Assembly: GCA_038244085.1 (NCBI GenBank)
Contig: JBBRTX010000018.1
Location: 6,621 to 70,620, forward strand
Length of the DNA: 64,000 bases
Direction of reading: 5' to 3'
From: Bacteroidales bacterium
GTDB taxonomy: Bacteria; Bacteroidota; Bacteroidia; Bacteroidales; FEN-979
Below are positions 45,606-55,938 of the stretch, one piece after another (the stretch's first letter is position 1; the number at the start of each line of letters is the position of its first letter). The notes beneath the pieces were generated by a model that saw only the letters and a program-made list of their open reading frames with translations, was not told the DNA's origin and did no database searches. Both the position numbers and the translations under genes were made by a program.

Positions 45606-46127
45606 ATGGCAGTTATCCGGTCAGTAAAAGGAGTGAAACCGGTGTTTGGCAAGAATTGTTTCCTGGCGGATAATGCCACCATCACCGGTGATGTGATCAC
45701 TGGAGATGACTGCAGTATCTGGTTCAATGCGATCGTTCGCGGAGATGTTCATTCGATCCGCATCGGGAACAATGTCAATATCCAGGATGGAGCCATCATT
45801 CATTGTACCTACCTGAAAGCCCCGGTTTCGATCGGAAATAATGTATCCATCGCCCACAATGCCATTGTTCACGGATGTACCATACACGACAATGTGCTGA
45901 TCGGCATGGGGGCCATCATCATGGACGGGGCCATCATTCACAGCAATTCCATCATCGGTGCCGGCGCCCTTGTAAAAGAAGGCACTATCGTTTTATCAGG
46001 CTCCGTATGGGCGGGGATTCCTGCCGTAAAAATCAAGGATATCGATAAGGATTTACTCGAAGGACAGGTAAACCGGATCTCGAAAAATTACAATATGTAT
46101 GCAAGCTGGTATGATCCTATTATTTAA
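45606..46127 (+). CDS. Gamma-carbonic-anhydrase-like left-handed beta-helix (hexapeptide repeat) protein
   Basis: 173 aa with hexapeptide repeats and the pattern ...SIWFNAIVRGDV..IRIG..VNIQDGAIIH... typical of the YrdA/PaaY family. Confidence 0.85.
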   Translation: MAVIRSVKGVKPVFGKNCFLADNATITGDVITGDDCSIWFNAIVRGDVHSIRIGNNVNIQDGAIIHCTYLKAPVSIGNNVSIAHNAIVHGCTIHDNVLIGMGAIIMDGAIIHSNSIIGAGALVKEGTIVLSGSVWAGIPAVKIKDIDKDLLEGQVNRISKNYNMYASWYDPII

Positions 46128-46140
46128 CAAGTTTCTATTT

Positions 46141-47895
46141 ATGCGATATCTCTGTATCTTTCTTCTATTGACTGCAGGTCTGACGCTCAGGGCTCAGATT
46201 TTCCAGGTACAACCCGCATCCTTTCTGGATTGTTCACAGGGAGGTTTGAGCTGGGGGGATTATGACAAGGATGGCGACCTGGATGTGATCATGGCCGGGG
46301 TTCATGAAACCGGAACTGCCACTTGTTTATACCGGAACAAAGATGGAGCGTTTACCAAACAAACAACCTCTTTTGCCGCATTATCGCTGGGAAGTGCCAA
46401 TTGGGGAGATTATGATAATGACGACGATATGGATCTACTCCTGTGTGGAACGAATCCCATCGGGGAAGGATCTACCATTCTGTACAGGAATGACAATGGA
46501 GCCTTCACCCCATCCGGTGTCAGCATCACCGGGATTGCCGCGGGTGAAGCCATCTGGTTGGATTATAACAAGGATGGGTTTCTCGATATCCTGATTTCCG
46601 GAGATACACTTTACAACAATCCCGTTACAAAACTTTACAAAAATAACGGTGACGGGACCTTTACCCATGTTCCGCAAAACATCGTTGCCTGTCTTAACAG
46701 TTTCATCGCTGCCGGCGATTACGATAACGACGGAGATCAGGACCTCCTGATTTCAGGTGCATACGATACAAGTTACATCACAAAGATTTACCGAAATGAT
46801 GATGGCATTTTTCATGAATCCGGGATCAATCTTTTTGGAGTAGCCTACAGTAATGGCCTTTTCGTGGATATTGACCATGACCAGGATCTGGATATCATTT
46901 ATATGGGGGCGACCATGCTGAGTGATTACGCGGTTAAAATATATTTCAATGATGGCAATGGCGGTTTTGTTTCTTCCAGTGATACACTGGAAGGGGAATG
47001 GGTCGGAAGAATTGATGCAGCCGATTTGAACAATGATGGTTTCCCTGACCTTGGAATTACCGGGTCGCTCTGTTGCGGGGATGCGCTTTCCAGGATATAC
47101 ATGAACGACGGAACGGGTCATTTCAACCTTGCCTCGGTATCCTTGCCGGATCTTTACTTCAGCCAGATCAATTTCGGCGACTTTGACAATGACGGTGATG
47201 CGGACTTCCTGTTGTTCGGTATCCCGCCCGATGGTCCGGGAACCACGATGACCCGTTTGTACCGAAATATGTCGAACACAAATACTTTCACGGTGAATAC
47301 ACCTCCGGGAGTTCCTGCCGGATTGTCTGCATCGGTCGACGATCATGATGTGACTTTCTCCTGGTTGGCTCCCGCCGACAACACAACCCCGGCTCCCGCG
47401 CTTACCTATTCTTTGATTACAGGAACTTCTTCCGGCGTGATGAATGTCATGCCCGCTCCCTCAAATCCTGAAAATGGATTTTATAAAGTCTATTCACCAG
47501 GGAATGTTGGTCACAATACCTCCTGGATCATCAAGGACCTGCCGACAGGATCCTATCAATGCAGTATCCAGGCACTCGACCAGTCAGGCAGCGCTTCAGC
47601 CTTTTCGCCGGAAGTATCTTTCGAAGTCGGAACCATCGGAATAGGCGAAAAAGATGCGATCAGTCCCGTTATGCTCTCTCCAAATCCTGTCAGGGGAAAC
47701 CTGACCATCAAAGTCAGTGATCTTTTTTCGGATGGTGATTTTATTATTTTTAACGGGGCGGGAAGAAAAATCCTGTCGGGCAAACTGGATGGCAAAACCA
47801 TCATGGTTGACATGCAACCCTTCCCTGCCGGGATATATGAAATCCAGGTAAGGAAAAACACCCAAATCGCCTCGAACCGTTATATCAATTTGTAA
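46141..47895 (+). CDS. FG-GAP/VCBS-repeat protein with T9SS C-terminal sorting domain
   Basis: Signal peptide MRYLCIFLLLTAGLTLRA. Repeated GDYDxDGDxDLL calcium-binding FG-GAP loops. The C-terminal ~80 aa (LSPNPVRGNLTIKV...GIYEIQV) has the T9SS type-A CTD pattern. Start taken at ATG 46141. Confidence 0.85.
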   Translation: MRYLCIFLLLTAGLTLRAQIFQVQPASFLDCSQGGLSWGDYDKDGDLDVIMAGVHETGTATCLYRNKDGAFTKQTTSFAALSLGSANWGDYDNDDDMDLLLCGTNPIGEGSTILYRNDNGAFTPSGVSITGIAAGEAIWLDYNKDGFLDILISGDTLYNNPVTKLYKNNGDGTFTHVPQNIVACLNSFIAAGDYDNDGDQDLLISGAYDTSYITKIYRNDDGIFHESGINLFGVAYSNGLFVDIDHDQDLDIIYMGATMLSDYAVKIYFNDGNGGFVSSSDTLEGEWVGRIDAADLNNDGFPDLGITGSLCCGDALSRIYMNDGTGHFNLASVSLPDLYFSQINFGDFDNDGDADFLLFGIPPDGPGTTMTRLYRNMSNTNTFTVNTPPGVPAGLSASVDDHDVTFSWLAPADNTTPAPALTYSLITGTSSGVMNVMPAPSNPENGFYKVYSPGNVGHNTSWIIKDLPTGSYQCSIQALDQSGSASAFSPEVSFEVGTIGIGEKDAISPVMLSPNPVRGNLTIKVSDLFSDGDFIIFNGAGRKILSGKLDGKTIMVDMQPFPAGIYEIQVRKNTQIASNRYINL

Positions 47896-47905
47896 TCCTG
47901 AAACC

Positions 47906-47950
47906 AAAAAAAAAGAGACTGCTTCCGAAAAAGCAGTCTCTTTTTTTTTT
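47906..47950. terminator. Bidirectional rho-independent terminator
   Basis: aaaaaaaaaGAGACTGCTTccgaaaAAGCAGTCTCtttttttttt: a perfect 10-bp stem flanked by A9 and T10. It serves the convergent FG-GAP and skp genes. Confidence 0.9.
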
Positions 47951-47963
47951 GGCGGATCGTACT

Positions 47964-48482
47964 TTATAAAATCCCCAATTTCTTTTTAACGAGTGGCATA
48001 ACGTCATCCGTTGGTTCTGAGTAAAGCAGAATATCTTCAATACCATTCATGATGAAGGTATATTTGTTTTCTTTTGCTACTTCCTTAACGGCTTTCTTTG
48101 CTTTATCAACAATTGGCGCAAGCAATTCCTGCTGTTTTGATTGCATATCAGTCTGAGCTTTCTGCTGAAAAGCATCAATCCGTGCCTGAAGATCCTGGAG
48201 TTGTTTTTCCTTGTCCTGGCGGATCAGTTCTGACATACCAGCCGAATTTGCCTGATAATCCTGATACTTGCTTTCGAATTCAGCACGCATTGCATCTAGC
48301 TGATCAGAAAGGGTTTTCTGATAAACCTGAAGCTTAACTTTGACAGAATCAATACCCGGCATTGCAGCAACCAGTGTATTAAAATCTACATAACCGATCT
48401 TAACGGGTGCCTGTGCCTGCGAATTAAAGCCACTTGCTAATACTACAGCGAGGATGGCAATAACTTTAAAAACTTTTCTCAT
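47964..48482 (-). CDS. OmpH/Skp-family periplasmic chaperone
   Basis: ~172 aa with signal peptide MRKVFKVIAILAVVLASGFNSQA, IGYVDFNTL and coiled-coil Gln/Lys-rich arms. Start taken at ATG 48482. Confidence 0.85.
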   Translation of the reverse strand: MRKVFKVIAILAVVLASGFNSQAQAPVKIGYVDFNTLVAAMPGIDSVKVKLQVYQKTLSDQLDAMRAEFESKYQDYQANSAGMSELIRQDKEKQLQDLQARIDAFQQKAQTDMQSKQQELLAPIVDKAKKAVKEVAKENKYTFIMNGIEDILLYSEPTDDVMPLVKKKLGIL

Positions 48483-48567
48483 GTTGTTCTTTTCTAGATA
48501 AGTGAATAAAATAAGGGAATGCAAAAATAAGAATAATTTCTTTAGGAACAAGCATTAAGCGGGATGG

Positions 48568-49155
48568 TTATTTTTTCCCTTCTTTTGACTGGGGTCCACT
48601 CCCCGTACCTGTCCCGGTTGCACCCCCTTTGCCTTTTCTCCCGCTCATGGTCGCCCCGAGGTTATCCAGTACTTCATCGCTGACATCATATTTCGGGTTT
48701 GCATACATAATGGTCAAAGCGCCTGCTTTATCAAAAATGATCGCATAATTATTGTTCGTTGCAACATCCTGAATGGCATTGTATACTTTTTCCTGTATCG
48801 GCTTTACAAGTTCCTGGCGCTTTTTCATCAGGTCGCCGTCTTTTCCGAAATGTTGTCTTTGAAGATTTCTGGCTTCTTTGTCTTTATCGGCAATATCCTG
48901 TTCCTTTTTCTTTTTCATATCCTCCGGAAGCAAAACGGCCTGGGCCTGGTAATCCTGGTTCAGCTTCTCTACCTCCGTAAATTTTGCCTCAATTTCCTTC
49001 TGCCACTGGGCTGAAACCTCATCCAGCTGGGACTGTGCTTCGGTAAATTCAGGTAAATTGTCCAGGATGTATTGGGTATCCACATAGGCAAATTTCTGTG
49101 CCTGTAATCCTGCCATTGTCAGACAGAACAATGCGATTAATAAAATCTTCTTCAT
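48568..49155 (-). CDS. OmpH/Skp-family periplasmic chaperone (second paralogue, Gly-rich C-terminal tail)
   Basis: 195 aa with a signal peptide, FAYVDTQYIL and a coiled-coil region. The tail is GRKGKGGATGTGTGSGPQSKEGKK. Confidence 0.85.
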   Translation of the reverse strand: MKKILLIALFCLTMAGLQAQKFAYVDTQYILDNLPEFTEAQSQLDEVSAQWQKEIEAKFTEVEKLNQDYQAQAVLLPEDMKKKKEQDIADKDKEARNLQRQHFGKDGDLMKKRQELVKPIQEKVYNAIQDVATNNNYAIIFDKAGALTIMYANPKYDVSDEVLDNLGATMSGRKGKGGATGTGTGSGPQSKEGKK

Positions 49156-49178
49156 TTCCTTCTTTTATTTGTTCAAAA

Positions 49179-51821
49179 TTAATCAATAGAAGAGTTGATG
49201 GAAAAGTGGAACTGGCTTCCATTTGCATTGGGGGCATTTGGAACTTCGTCCAGCCCATAACCCCAGTCCAGACCCAGCAGGCCGAACATCGGGAGAAACA
49301 CCCTGACACCCACTCCTACCGAACGGTAAACATCGAAAGGATTAACATTGCGCCACCTCGCCCAATCATTCCCGGCTTCCATAAAAGCCAGTCCATAAAT
49401 TGTTGCATTGGGATTTAACGACAGCGGGTATCTCATTTCAAGGGTATATTTGGCATAAACCGTTCCGCCCGAAACCGAGGAGGTGCCGGAAATAATCTGT
49501 GAAGGCGGGGTAAGTGAATTGTTCTCATAGCCACGCATCCCGATCAGCTCACGACCATCCATGTTGTTGTATCCTGTCAGCCCATCGCCTCCAAGGTAGA
49601 ACCGTTCAAAAGGAGTAACCCCAAGGTCTGAATTGTAAGCACCCAGAAAACCAACCTGCATCCGGGGTGTCAATACCAGTTTATCAATCATGCTGATATA
49701 CCAGGAACCTTTAAATTTGATCTTGTAATACTCAACCCATTTGTATTTATTACTTACAGACATGGCTGCATAATCCACATTACTCTTGAACCAGGAATAG
49801 GGAGGAGTCAGTTCAAGGTTAATGCTCCACTCAGATCCCATTTTTGGAAAAATGGGTTGGTCAATTGAGCTTCGTGACAGGATCAAACCATAACTGATCG
49901 CGTTGTAAACCCCGTCACCTCCGCCAAATGAGAATATGCTCGAATATTTGTGCGTATTGTATCGCTGATAATTGATGCTGTGGTACAGGGAGAAATAATC
50001 ATCCGGCCATTGAAGGGCTTTCCCCAATCCTACGGTAATTCCATCAATTTTGAAATAGGCATAGTTGGTATCGCTTCTTGCATAGGAATTTGAATAGAGC
50101 GAATGATAATACGAAAGACTTAATGCCAGCGGCTTCCTGCCTCCCAGCCAGGGCTCTGTAAATGACGCACTATAGCTGATGTATCCTTGGCCATATGTCT
50201 GAAAGCGGAGACTCAGCTTTTGCCCGTCACCTGACGGGATCGGCCGGTAAGATTTTAAATTGAAGATATTACGGAGCGAAAAGTTGTTGAAGGAAAGACC
50301 AAGTGTACCAACAATCCTCCCATAACCCCATCCACCTGAAAGCTCGATCTGGTCGGCAGAGGTTTCCTCTACACCATAATCGACATCTACCGTACCGTCC
50401 TCGGGATTAGGAGAAACATTGGGCGTAAGCTTTTCTGCATTGAAGTATTTGAGCTGTGCCAGCTGTCGCTGGGAACGGATCAGCTTATCCCTGCTGAACA
50501 GCTGCCCTGGACGCGTCTGCAACTCGCGCAATGCCACATGATCATTGGTTTTTGTGTTACCTGAAATGGTCACACGCTTTACTGTCGCCTGCTTTCCTTC
50601 GATCATCCTGACCTCAATATCAATGGAGTCATTCTCTACACTCACTTCAACCGGGGTTACGCTGAAAAAGAGGTAACCATCGTCCATGTACAAGGAGGTG
50701 ATGTCGCTTCCGCTGGGATTATAGGTCAGTGCCGTTTCCAGTGTTCCCTGGTCATATACATCTCCCTTCGAAATCCGGAGGATCCGGTTCAGGTAATCAT
50801 CGGTATATTTAGTATTTCCTACCCAGGTAACCTTCCTGAAATGGTATTTAGGACCTTCCTCAACCCAGATATCGATGTTCAGGGTATTGTCAGGATTTTT
50901 GGAAAGAGAATCCCGGAGAATCCTGGCATCCCTGTAACCCAGGGTGTTGTATTTTTTAACAAGAAGGTTTTTGTCTTCCTGGTAATCCTCGGCGATAAAC
51001 TTTGAAGATTTGAAGAGACGGATGCGGATGTTGTCATAAGCATTATTTGCGATGACATTTGCGATTTCAACAAAATCCACATTGATGACCTGTCGTGTTG
51101 CTTCTAAAACCACCTTATCCATATCGTTAAGGGGATTAAAAACACCCATTTCCTTGGTTTTCTTCAGGGCTGAGGTGATCTGCTGGGTGGTGAGACTCTT
51201 GTTCCCGTGAATGGTGATGTTGAATACTTTAACCTTCCCGCCCCGTTTGATGTTGATCACCAGGGAAACATCGTTCGCCGTTGCACTATCTTTTTTTGCA
51301 ACGATACTTACTTCAGCATTCATATACCCTTTATCATCATAATACTTTTTGATGATATTCGTGCTCCGGATAATCAGGTTATCAGTAACATAATCCCCGG
51401 CTGTGATCTTCATCTTCTCGCGAAGGTCATCCGCTTCTGATTTTTTAACACTGCCGGAAAAAGAAAATTTTGACAGCCGGGGTCTTTCTTTCAGTGCAAT
51501 GGTAAGAAAGACCTGGTTATCCAGTATTTTTGATACCGAAATGGAAACATCTTCAAACAGTCCCTGGACCCACAACTTTTTCACTGCCGCTGTAATTTTG
51601 TCACCGGGGATCTTTACTTTGTCTCCGACTGTAAGTCCTGAAATCATGATCAGCACATTGTTGTCAAGATATTTGATTCCCGACACCGAAATCCCTCCGA
51701 TGGTATATTCTTTAGGCGTATCGTAATCAATTGAAACATCATCTCCTACAGTAAACTGGGCATAACCCGGAAGGAAAAACAAAAAGAAAAATAGCAGTAG
51801 TAAAAGAGGGTTCAGTTTCAT
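49179..51821 (-). CDS. bamA: Outer membrane protein assembly factor BamA
   Basis: 880 aa with five POTRA-like repeats (ISVSGIKYL..., VTISGNTKTNDHVALREL) and a C-terminal Omp85 barrel ending ...FHFSINSSID. It sits in the conserved uppS-bamA-skp context. Confidence 0.93.
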   Translation of the reverse strand: MKLNPLLLLLFFFLFFLPGYAQFTVGDDVSIDYDTPKEYTIGGISVSGIKYLDNNVLIMISGLTVGDKVKIPGDKITAAVKKLWVQGLFEDVSISVSKILDNQVFLTIALKERPRLSKFSFSGSVKKSEADDLREKMKITAGDYVTDNLIIRSTNIIKKYYDDKGYMNAEVSIVAKKDSATANDVSLVINIKRGGKVKVFNITIHGNKSLTTQQITSALKKTKEMGVFNPLNDMDKVVLEATRQVINVDFVEIANVIANNAYDNIRIRLFKSSKFIAEDYQEDKNLLVKKYNTLGYRDARILRDSLSKNPDNTLNIDIWVEEGPKYHFRKVTWVGNTKYTDDYLNRILRISKGDVYDQGTLETALTYNPSGSDITSLYMDDGYLFFSVTPVEVSVENDSIDIEVRMIEGKQATVKRVTISGNTKTNDHVALRELQTRPGQLFSRDKLIRSQRQLAQLKYFNAEKLTPNVSPNPEDGTVDVDYGVEETSADQIELSGGWGYGRIVGTLGLSFNNFSLRNIFNLKSYRPIPSGDGQKLSLRFQTYGQGYISYSASFTEPWLGGRKPLALSLSYYHSLYSNSYARSDTNYAYFKIDGITVGLGKALQWPDDYFSLYHSINYQRYNTHKYSSIFSFGGGDGVYNAISYGLILSRSSIDQPIFPKMGSEWSINLELTPPYSWFKSNVDYAAMSVSNKYKWVEYYKIKFKGSWYISMIDKLVLTPRMQVGFLGAYNSDLGVTPFERFYLGGDGLTGYNNMDGRELIGMRGYENNSLTPPSQIISGTSSVSGGTVYAKYTLEMRYPLSLNPNATIYGLAFMEAGNDWARWRNVNPFDVYRSVGVGVRVFLPMFGLLGLDWGYGLDEVPNAPNANGSQFHFSINSSID

Positions 51822-51829
51822 CCGGGATG

Positions 51830-52606
51830 TTATTTTTTTAAGTATCGTTTTGTTTGCTTTTTAATTTGATCACTGGTCATTCCGAATCTTCGTTCTCTTC
51901 CCTGATAGTCCAGCAAGGCCTTGTAAAATTCTTCCCGGGTAAAATCGGGCCATAAGGCGGGAGTAAAATACAATTCACTGTAGGCAATCTGCCATAAAAG
52001 GAAATTACTGAGCCTGTATTCGCCACTGGTACGGATAAGCAATTCGGGATCGGGTATGGCTGAAGTAGTTAAAACCGCACCGATGGTTTCCGCTGTGATG
52101 GAATCAATGGTAATTTCCCCCCTGCTAACCTGCCCGACAATATTTTTCACGGCTTCCACCAATTCCCATCTTGAACTGTAACTCAACGCCAGCACCAGTT
52201 TTAATCCGGTATTCGCAGCAGTATCCCCAATGGCTTTCATCAGTTCGCTATAACTCTTCGGAGGCAAGCTCTTCAGATCCCCAATGGCCAGCAACTGGAT
52301 ATTGTTGTCCATAAAGGTTTTCCGTTCCTTGTTCACAGCACTGATCAGTATTTTCATCAGTGCATCAATCTCATATTTAGGCCTGTTCCAGTTTTCGGTT
52401 GAAAAAGCATACAGCGTCAGGTATTTTATTCCCAGCTCTGCTGCTGCTTCCACGGTTTCACGAACAGCGTCCACGCCGGTTTGATGGCCCATAATTCTGG
52501 CCAGCCCACGCTTCTTCGCCCAACGTCCATTGCCGTCCATAATGATGGCAACATGAGCCGGCAGCTCCTCTTTCCGGATTTTATCCTTTAGACTCATTCC
52601 TGTCAA
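51830..52606 (-). CDS. uppS: Isoprenyl transferase (undecaprenyl-diphosphate synthase)
   Basis: Contains HVAIIMDGNGRWA, LTLYAFSTENWNRP and IRTSGEYRLSNFLLWQIAYSELYF. An alternative start at ATG 52597 is possible. Confidence 0.93.
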   Translation of the reverse strand: MTGMSLKDKIRKEELPAHVAIIMDGNGRWAKKRGLARIMGHQTGVDAVRETVEAAAELGIKYLTLYAFSTENWNRPKYEIDALMKILISAVNKERKTFMDNNIQLLAIGDLKSLPPKSYSELMKAIGDTAANTGLKLVLALSYSSRWELVEAVKNIVGQVSRGEITIDSITAETIGAVLTTSAIPDPELLIRTSGEYRLSNFLLWQIAYSELYFTPALWPDFTREEFYKALLDYQGRERRFGMTSDQIKKQTKRYLKK

Positions 52607-52618
52607 TAAGGGAATGTA

Positions 52619-53470
52619 TTAATGTTTCAAATCCCTGCAACGTTTTTTAGTGCGCAGGTCAAATCTGTATGTCAATGTTATTCCGGCAAAGGAAAACCAA
52701 TCATCTGATTTCGGATTCCCTCTCTGCATTCCAACCTCATGGGTCATCGCCGGATCCGAATAAAACTCATCAGGCACATTCGGATCGATGGCAGGACCAT
52801 ATAAATAATACGTGGTACTCACATCATCAAGGTAATCAATGAACGTTTTATGCATCTCCCAGTAAGCGCCAATGGCGAGCCGCTTGGTCAGACTCATCTT
52901 TACTCCCACACCAAACGGAATGGATAACGCTGTCGAAGAATAAGGCTTTCGTCCAAGATACCCTATCGTTTGCCCTTCCGTACCCAAATCCCTGAGTTTG
53001 AACCCGCCGGCTTCAGGTGCATAAAAAAAAGCCCCCACGCCCACAAAGATATACGGAGTTACCCAATTGTGCTTGCTTCCGGTGAAATACTTGAAAAAGT
53101 TAAACTCAACAACCGCTGAAATGTCTGTCACCGGACTCTCAAACTGCAACTGGCGATCAGGCAGAAAGGAGGAATTGGCAGAATTGCCTTTCACTTTCCC
53201 CCGGGTTATGCCCAATTTCACTGCCCATCTTTCATCAAGGTTATAGCGGGCAAGCACACCATACGCAATCTGTGTTTTCACAAAAGGCATCGAAGGGTTC
53301 AAATCACCAATGTAATAGGAACCGCCGCCGAATAAACCCACTTCCATGGTCTGAGAAAATCCATTCATTCCAAACAGGAAAAACAAGACAGGGAAAAAAA
53401 CCCCGGTTAAGAATTTCCTTCCCTTGTAGCTGTATGTTATATTGTTCAATCCAAAATTTTCAGGATGCAT
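52619..53470 (-). CDS. Outer-membrane beta-barrel protein (DUF6089-like)
   Basis: 283 aa with an N-terminal hydrophobic signal and alternating Gly/aromatic strand pattern (EVGLFGGGSYYIGDLN..., GVGAFFY, GITLTYRF). It occupies the conserved position between nadK and uppS. Confidence 0.65.
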   Translation of the reverse strand: MHPENFGLNNITYSYKGRKFLTGVFFPVLFFLFGMNGFSQTMEVGLFGGGSYYIGDLNPSMPFVKTQIAYGVLARYNLDERWAVKLGITRGKVKGNSANSSFLPDRQLQFESPVTDISAVVEFNFFKYFTGSKHNWVTPYIFVGVGAFFYAPEAGGFKLRDLGTEGQTIGYLGRKPYSSTALSIPFGVGVKMSLTKRLAIGAYWEMHKTFIDYLDDVSTTYYLYGPAIDPNVPDEFYSDPAMTHEVGMQRGNPKSDDWFSFAGITLTYRFDLRTKKRCRDLKH

Positions 53471-53551
53471 TCGCTTTTATTCCAAATTCAATTATACTTA
53501 ACGCAATTCGCGCTCATTTATTTGCCTTTCCTGTCAAATCTCCAAAAAAAG

Positions 53552-54430
53552 TCAGTTCCGGATATCCAGCCCCCATTTCAGCTTCTCCCGAATGGTCTTG
53601 TAGAAATCCTTATTCGATAATCGCAAAAGGTTTATTTTAAAATTTTCCTTCCGCACAACCAGTTCACCGGGATTGTTTAATTTCTGGATCCTTGAGTCAA
53701 GCCCGGCAAAAAAATCAATATTTCTCCCCTGCACTTCTATCCGGATCACGCTGCTGTCGGGGATAACAATCGGACGAACCGTAAGATTATGACTGGCAAT
53801 GGGCGTGATCACAAAATTCTCGGAATCAGGCGTGATGATCGGTCCGGTACAACTCAACGAATAAGCCGTAGATCCGGTAGGCGTTGCCACAATCAATCCA
53901 TCTGCCCAGTACGTATTAAGATATTCATCATTCACGTAAGTCCGGATCGTAAGCATGGATAGCGGACCTTTTTTATAAATGGTCAGATCATTCAATCCGA
54001 AATTAAACTCGCCAAACAGTCCTGCCGGTGATTCCAACTTTAACAATGTCCGCTTTTCAATAATATAGTTCTTCTGAAGGATTTCTTCCATGGCAGGAAG
54101 AATCTCATTTTTGTGAATACTTGACAGAAAACCCATCCTTCCCATATTGATCCCGATGATTGGGATCCCGGAATTTCCAACCAGGGTGATCGTATCAAGT
54201 AAAGTTCCATCACCCCCTATCGAGAAAAAAAAATCGGCCTGTCCTTCAATGTCGGCCTGAACAGAAAAAGGAAGCACTTCCGACGGAAACTGAACCTTTC
54301 CCGAAAGGAATTCCAGGAAAGGTGCATATACGAATACTTTCCCATCAATCGTTCCAAGCCTGTCAATAAAAATCTGAAGGTAAGGAAGGTCGGTTTCTGA
54401 AATGGTTTTTCCGAACAGGGCAACGTTCAT
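53552..54430 (-). CDS. nadK: NAD kinase
   Basis: 292 aa with SIGGDGTLL, NMGRMGFL, ATPTGSTAYSLS and PIASH. Confidence 0.92.
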   Translation of the reverse strand: MNVALFGKTISETDLPYLQIFIDRLGTIDGKVFVYAPFLEFLSGKVQFPSEVLPFSVQADIEGQADFFFSIGGDGTLLDTITLVGNSGIPIIGINMGRMGFLSSIHKNEILPAMEEILQKNYIIEKRTLLKLESPAGLFGEFNFGLNDLTIYKKGPLSMLTIRTYVNDEYLNTYWADGLIVATPTGSTAYSLSCTGPIITPDSENFVITPIASHNLTVRPIVIPDSSVIRIEVQGRNIDFFAGLDSRIQKLNNPGELVVRKENFKINLLRLSNKDFYKTIREKLKWGLDIRN

Positions 54431-54460
54431 CAGCAGATGTTATCAACTAAAAATCAGGCG

Positions 54461-54468
54461 CAAAGATA
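54461..54468 (-). promoter_or_regulatory. Candidate -7 promoter box (TATCTTTG) for nadK
   Basis: Plus strand reads caaagata, i.e. TAnnTTTG on the minus strand, 31 nt upstream of ATG 54430. Confidence 0.5.
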
Positions 54469-54499
54469 GTCCATTTTTTCATTCAAAATTTCACTTTCC

Positions 54500-55936
54500 C
54501 TATATAGGAGCCATAAAATGCAAATACAAACCCGGTCTTCCTCTTCCGTTCACCGAGAGCTCCAATCTTAGTACAATATCATAGTAGGTGGTAAAGTCGA
54601 AACCGACTCCGTAGCCCACTAACAGCGTGTTTTGCATATCATTCAACCGGTTTTGTTTCTCCATCCGGTTATTCACAAAACCAAGATCCGTGAAAACATT
54701 CATGTACAGTGCATAGGGAACCGTATTGAATTTCCGGCTTTTCAAAAAAGGCATCGCGAGCACCCGCTGAGGAACAATGGCGAATTTCAAATTGCTTTTG
54801 AAAAGTCCAAAATCTTGACCATCAATAACATAATACTCATACCCTCTTACAAACTCCCGCCCATAGCCTAGTCCTTTCTGCAGGAAATAAGCATCGCTGG
54901 CTGATAAAGTTACCTTGGCGGTGAGTCCGGTTGCAAAATACCAACGATTATACAATCGCCAGTATTTCCGCAGGTTTGCCTGGATATAAAGTTCATCGAC
55001 CTCCTGCCAGAACCCGTTTTTTACCAACCCGATATCGAAGTAGGATCCTTTCAACGGGTAAAAATGAAAATCGCGGTGGTCGTTTTTGTATTGGTAAGCG
55101 AAGGATAAAAACCGTGGATTCTTCAACGAATCCAGGGTATAACCGGGTATTTTGACCAATGAGTCTGAAAAGGTATACCATTGGTAGTCAAACCGAAAAG
55201 TATGTTTAGCATAAAAATTCGGGCGAAGAAGGAGAATGGCAAAAACATCAACTTCCTTGCGGGGATAAAGTGCAGGTTCTTTATAATAGACGGGTTTATT
55301 GTCAATACTGGTGACGATCACCTCATGGTTTCTCTCGTAATTCGCACCAAAACCGGCTCCGATCGTTTTCTTCCGGTTAACATAAGGGAGTTGGTATTCC
55401 AGCCCGAACTGCTGATTGAAACCAATGTGGATGGGTATTTTCAGCGTTTCATTTCTCCCTCTTACATTGTTTATCGTCAGATCAATGCCATAGGTGAGCC
55501 GGGATAAGTCGGTTGTTTCCAGCCAACTGTTGATATTGCGGTCCGACAATTCGAAAAAAGGCCAGGGCCAAACATACCACCGTTCAATCACCCGGATATT
55601 AATGTCTGTAAGGATTTTGTCCGGCGATACACAGGTGGTATCGACGGTCACAAAATTAAAAAGCCCGGTATTAAAGATATTCTCTTTCGCAGCGTTGATC
55701 AGCGAAGGATAATCGGGCAAAAGGATCGTATCCCCGACGGCGAACCGTGTTTCGCGGGTAATAATGGATACTTTGGTCCGGTTGTTCCCATAAATATTGA
55801 CGTTCCTGAGCACAAGAAATAATTGCGGATCCGCATCCCGGTTGTTTTTTTGAGCAGTAAGAGGAAGAGAAGTTAGAAAAAACAGAATCAGTGAAAGGAG
55901 AAATAATGATATCAGCGGGTAACTGAACTGCTTCAT
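54500..55936 (-). CDS. Omp85-superfamily outer-membrane protein with a single POTRA-like domain (function unknown)
   Basis: 478 aa with a signal peptide, the POTRA-like segment LRNVNIYGNNRTKVSIITRETRFAVGD...INIRVIERW, and a beta-barrel-like remainder ending GLYLHFMAPI. Confidence 0.65.
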   Translation of the reverse strand: MKQFSYPLISLFLLSLILFFLTSLPLTAQKNNRDADPQLFLVLRNVNIYGNNRTKVSIITRETRFAVGDTILLPDYPSLINAAKENIFNTGLFNFVTVDTTCVSPDKILTDINIRVIERWYVWPWPFFELSDRNINSWLETTDLSRLTYGIDLTINNVRGRNETLKIPIHIGFNQQFGLEYQLPYVNRKKTIGAGFGANYERNHEVIVTSIDNKPVYYKEPALYPRKEVDVFAILLLRPNFYAKHTFRFDYQWYTFSDSLVKIPGYTLDSLKNPRFLSFAYQYKNDHRDFHFYPLKGSYFDIGLVKNGFWQEVDELYIQANLRKYWRLYNRWYFATGLTAKVTLSASDAYFLQKGLGYGREFVRGYEYYVIDGQDFGLFKSNLKFAIVPQRVLAMPFLKSRKFNTVPYALYMNVFTDLGFVNNRMEKQNRLNDMQNTLLVGYGVGFDFTTYYDIVLRLELSVNGRGRPGLYLHFMAPI

Positions 55937-55938
55937 GA

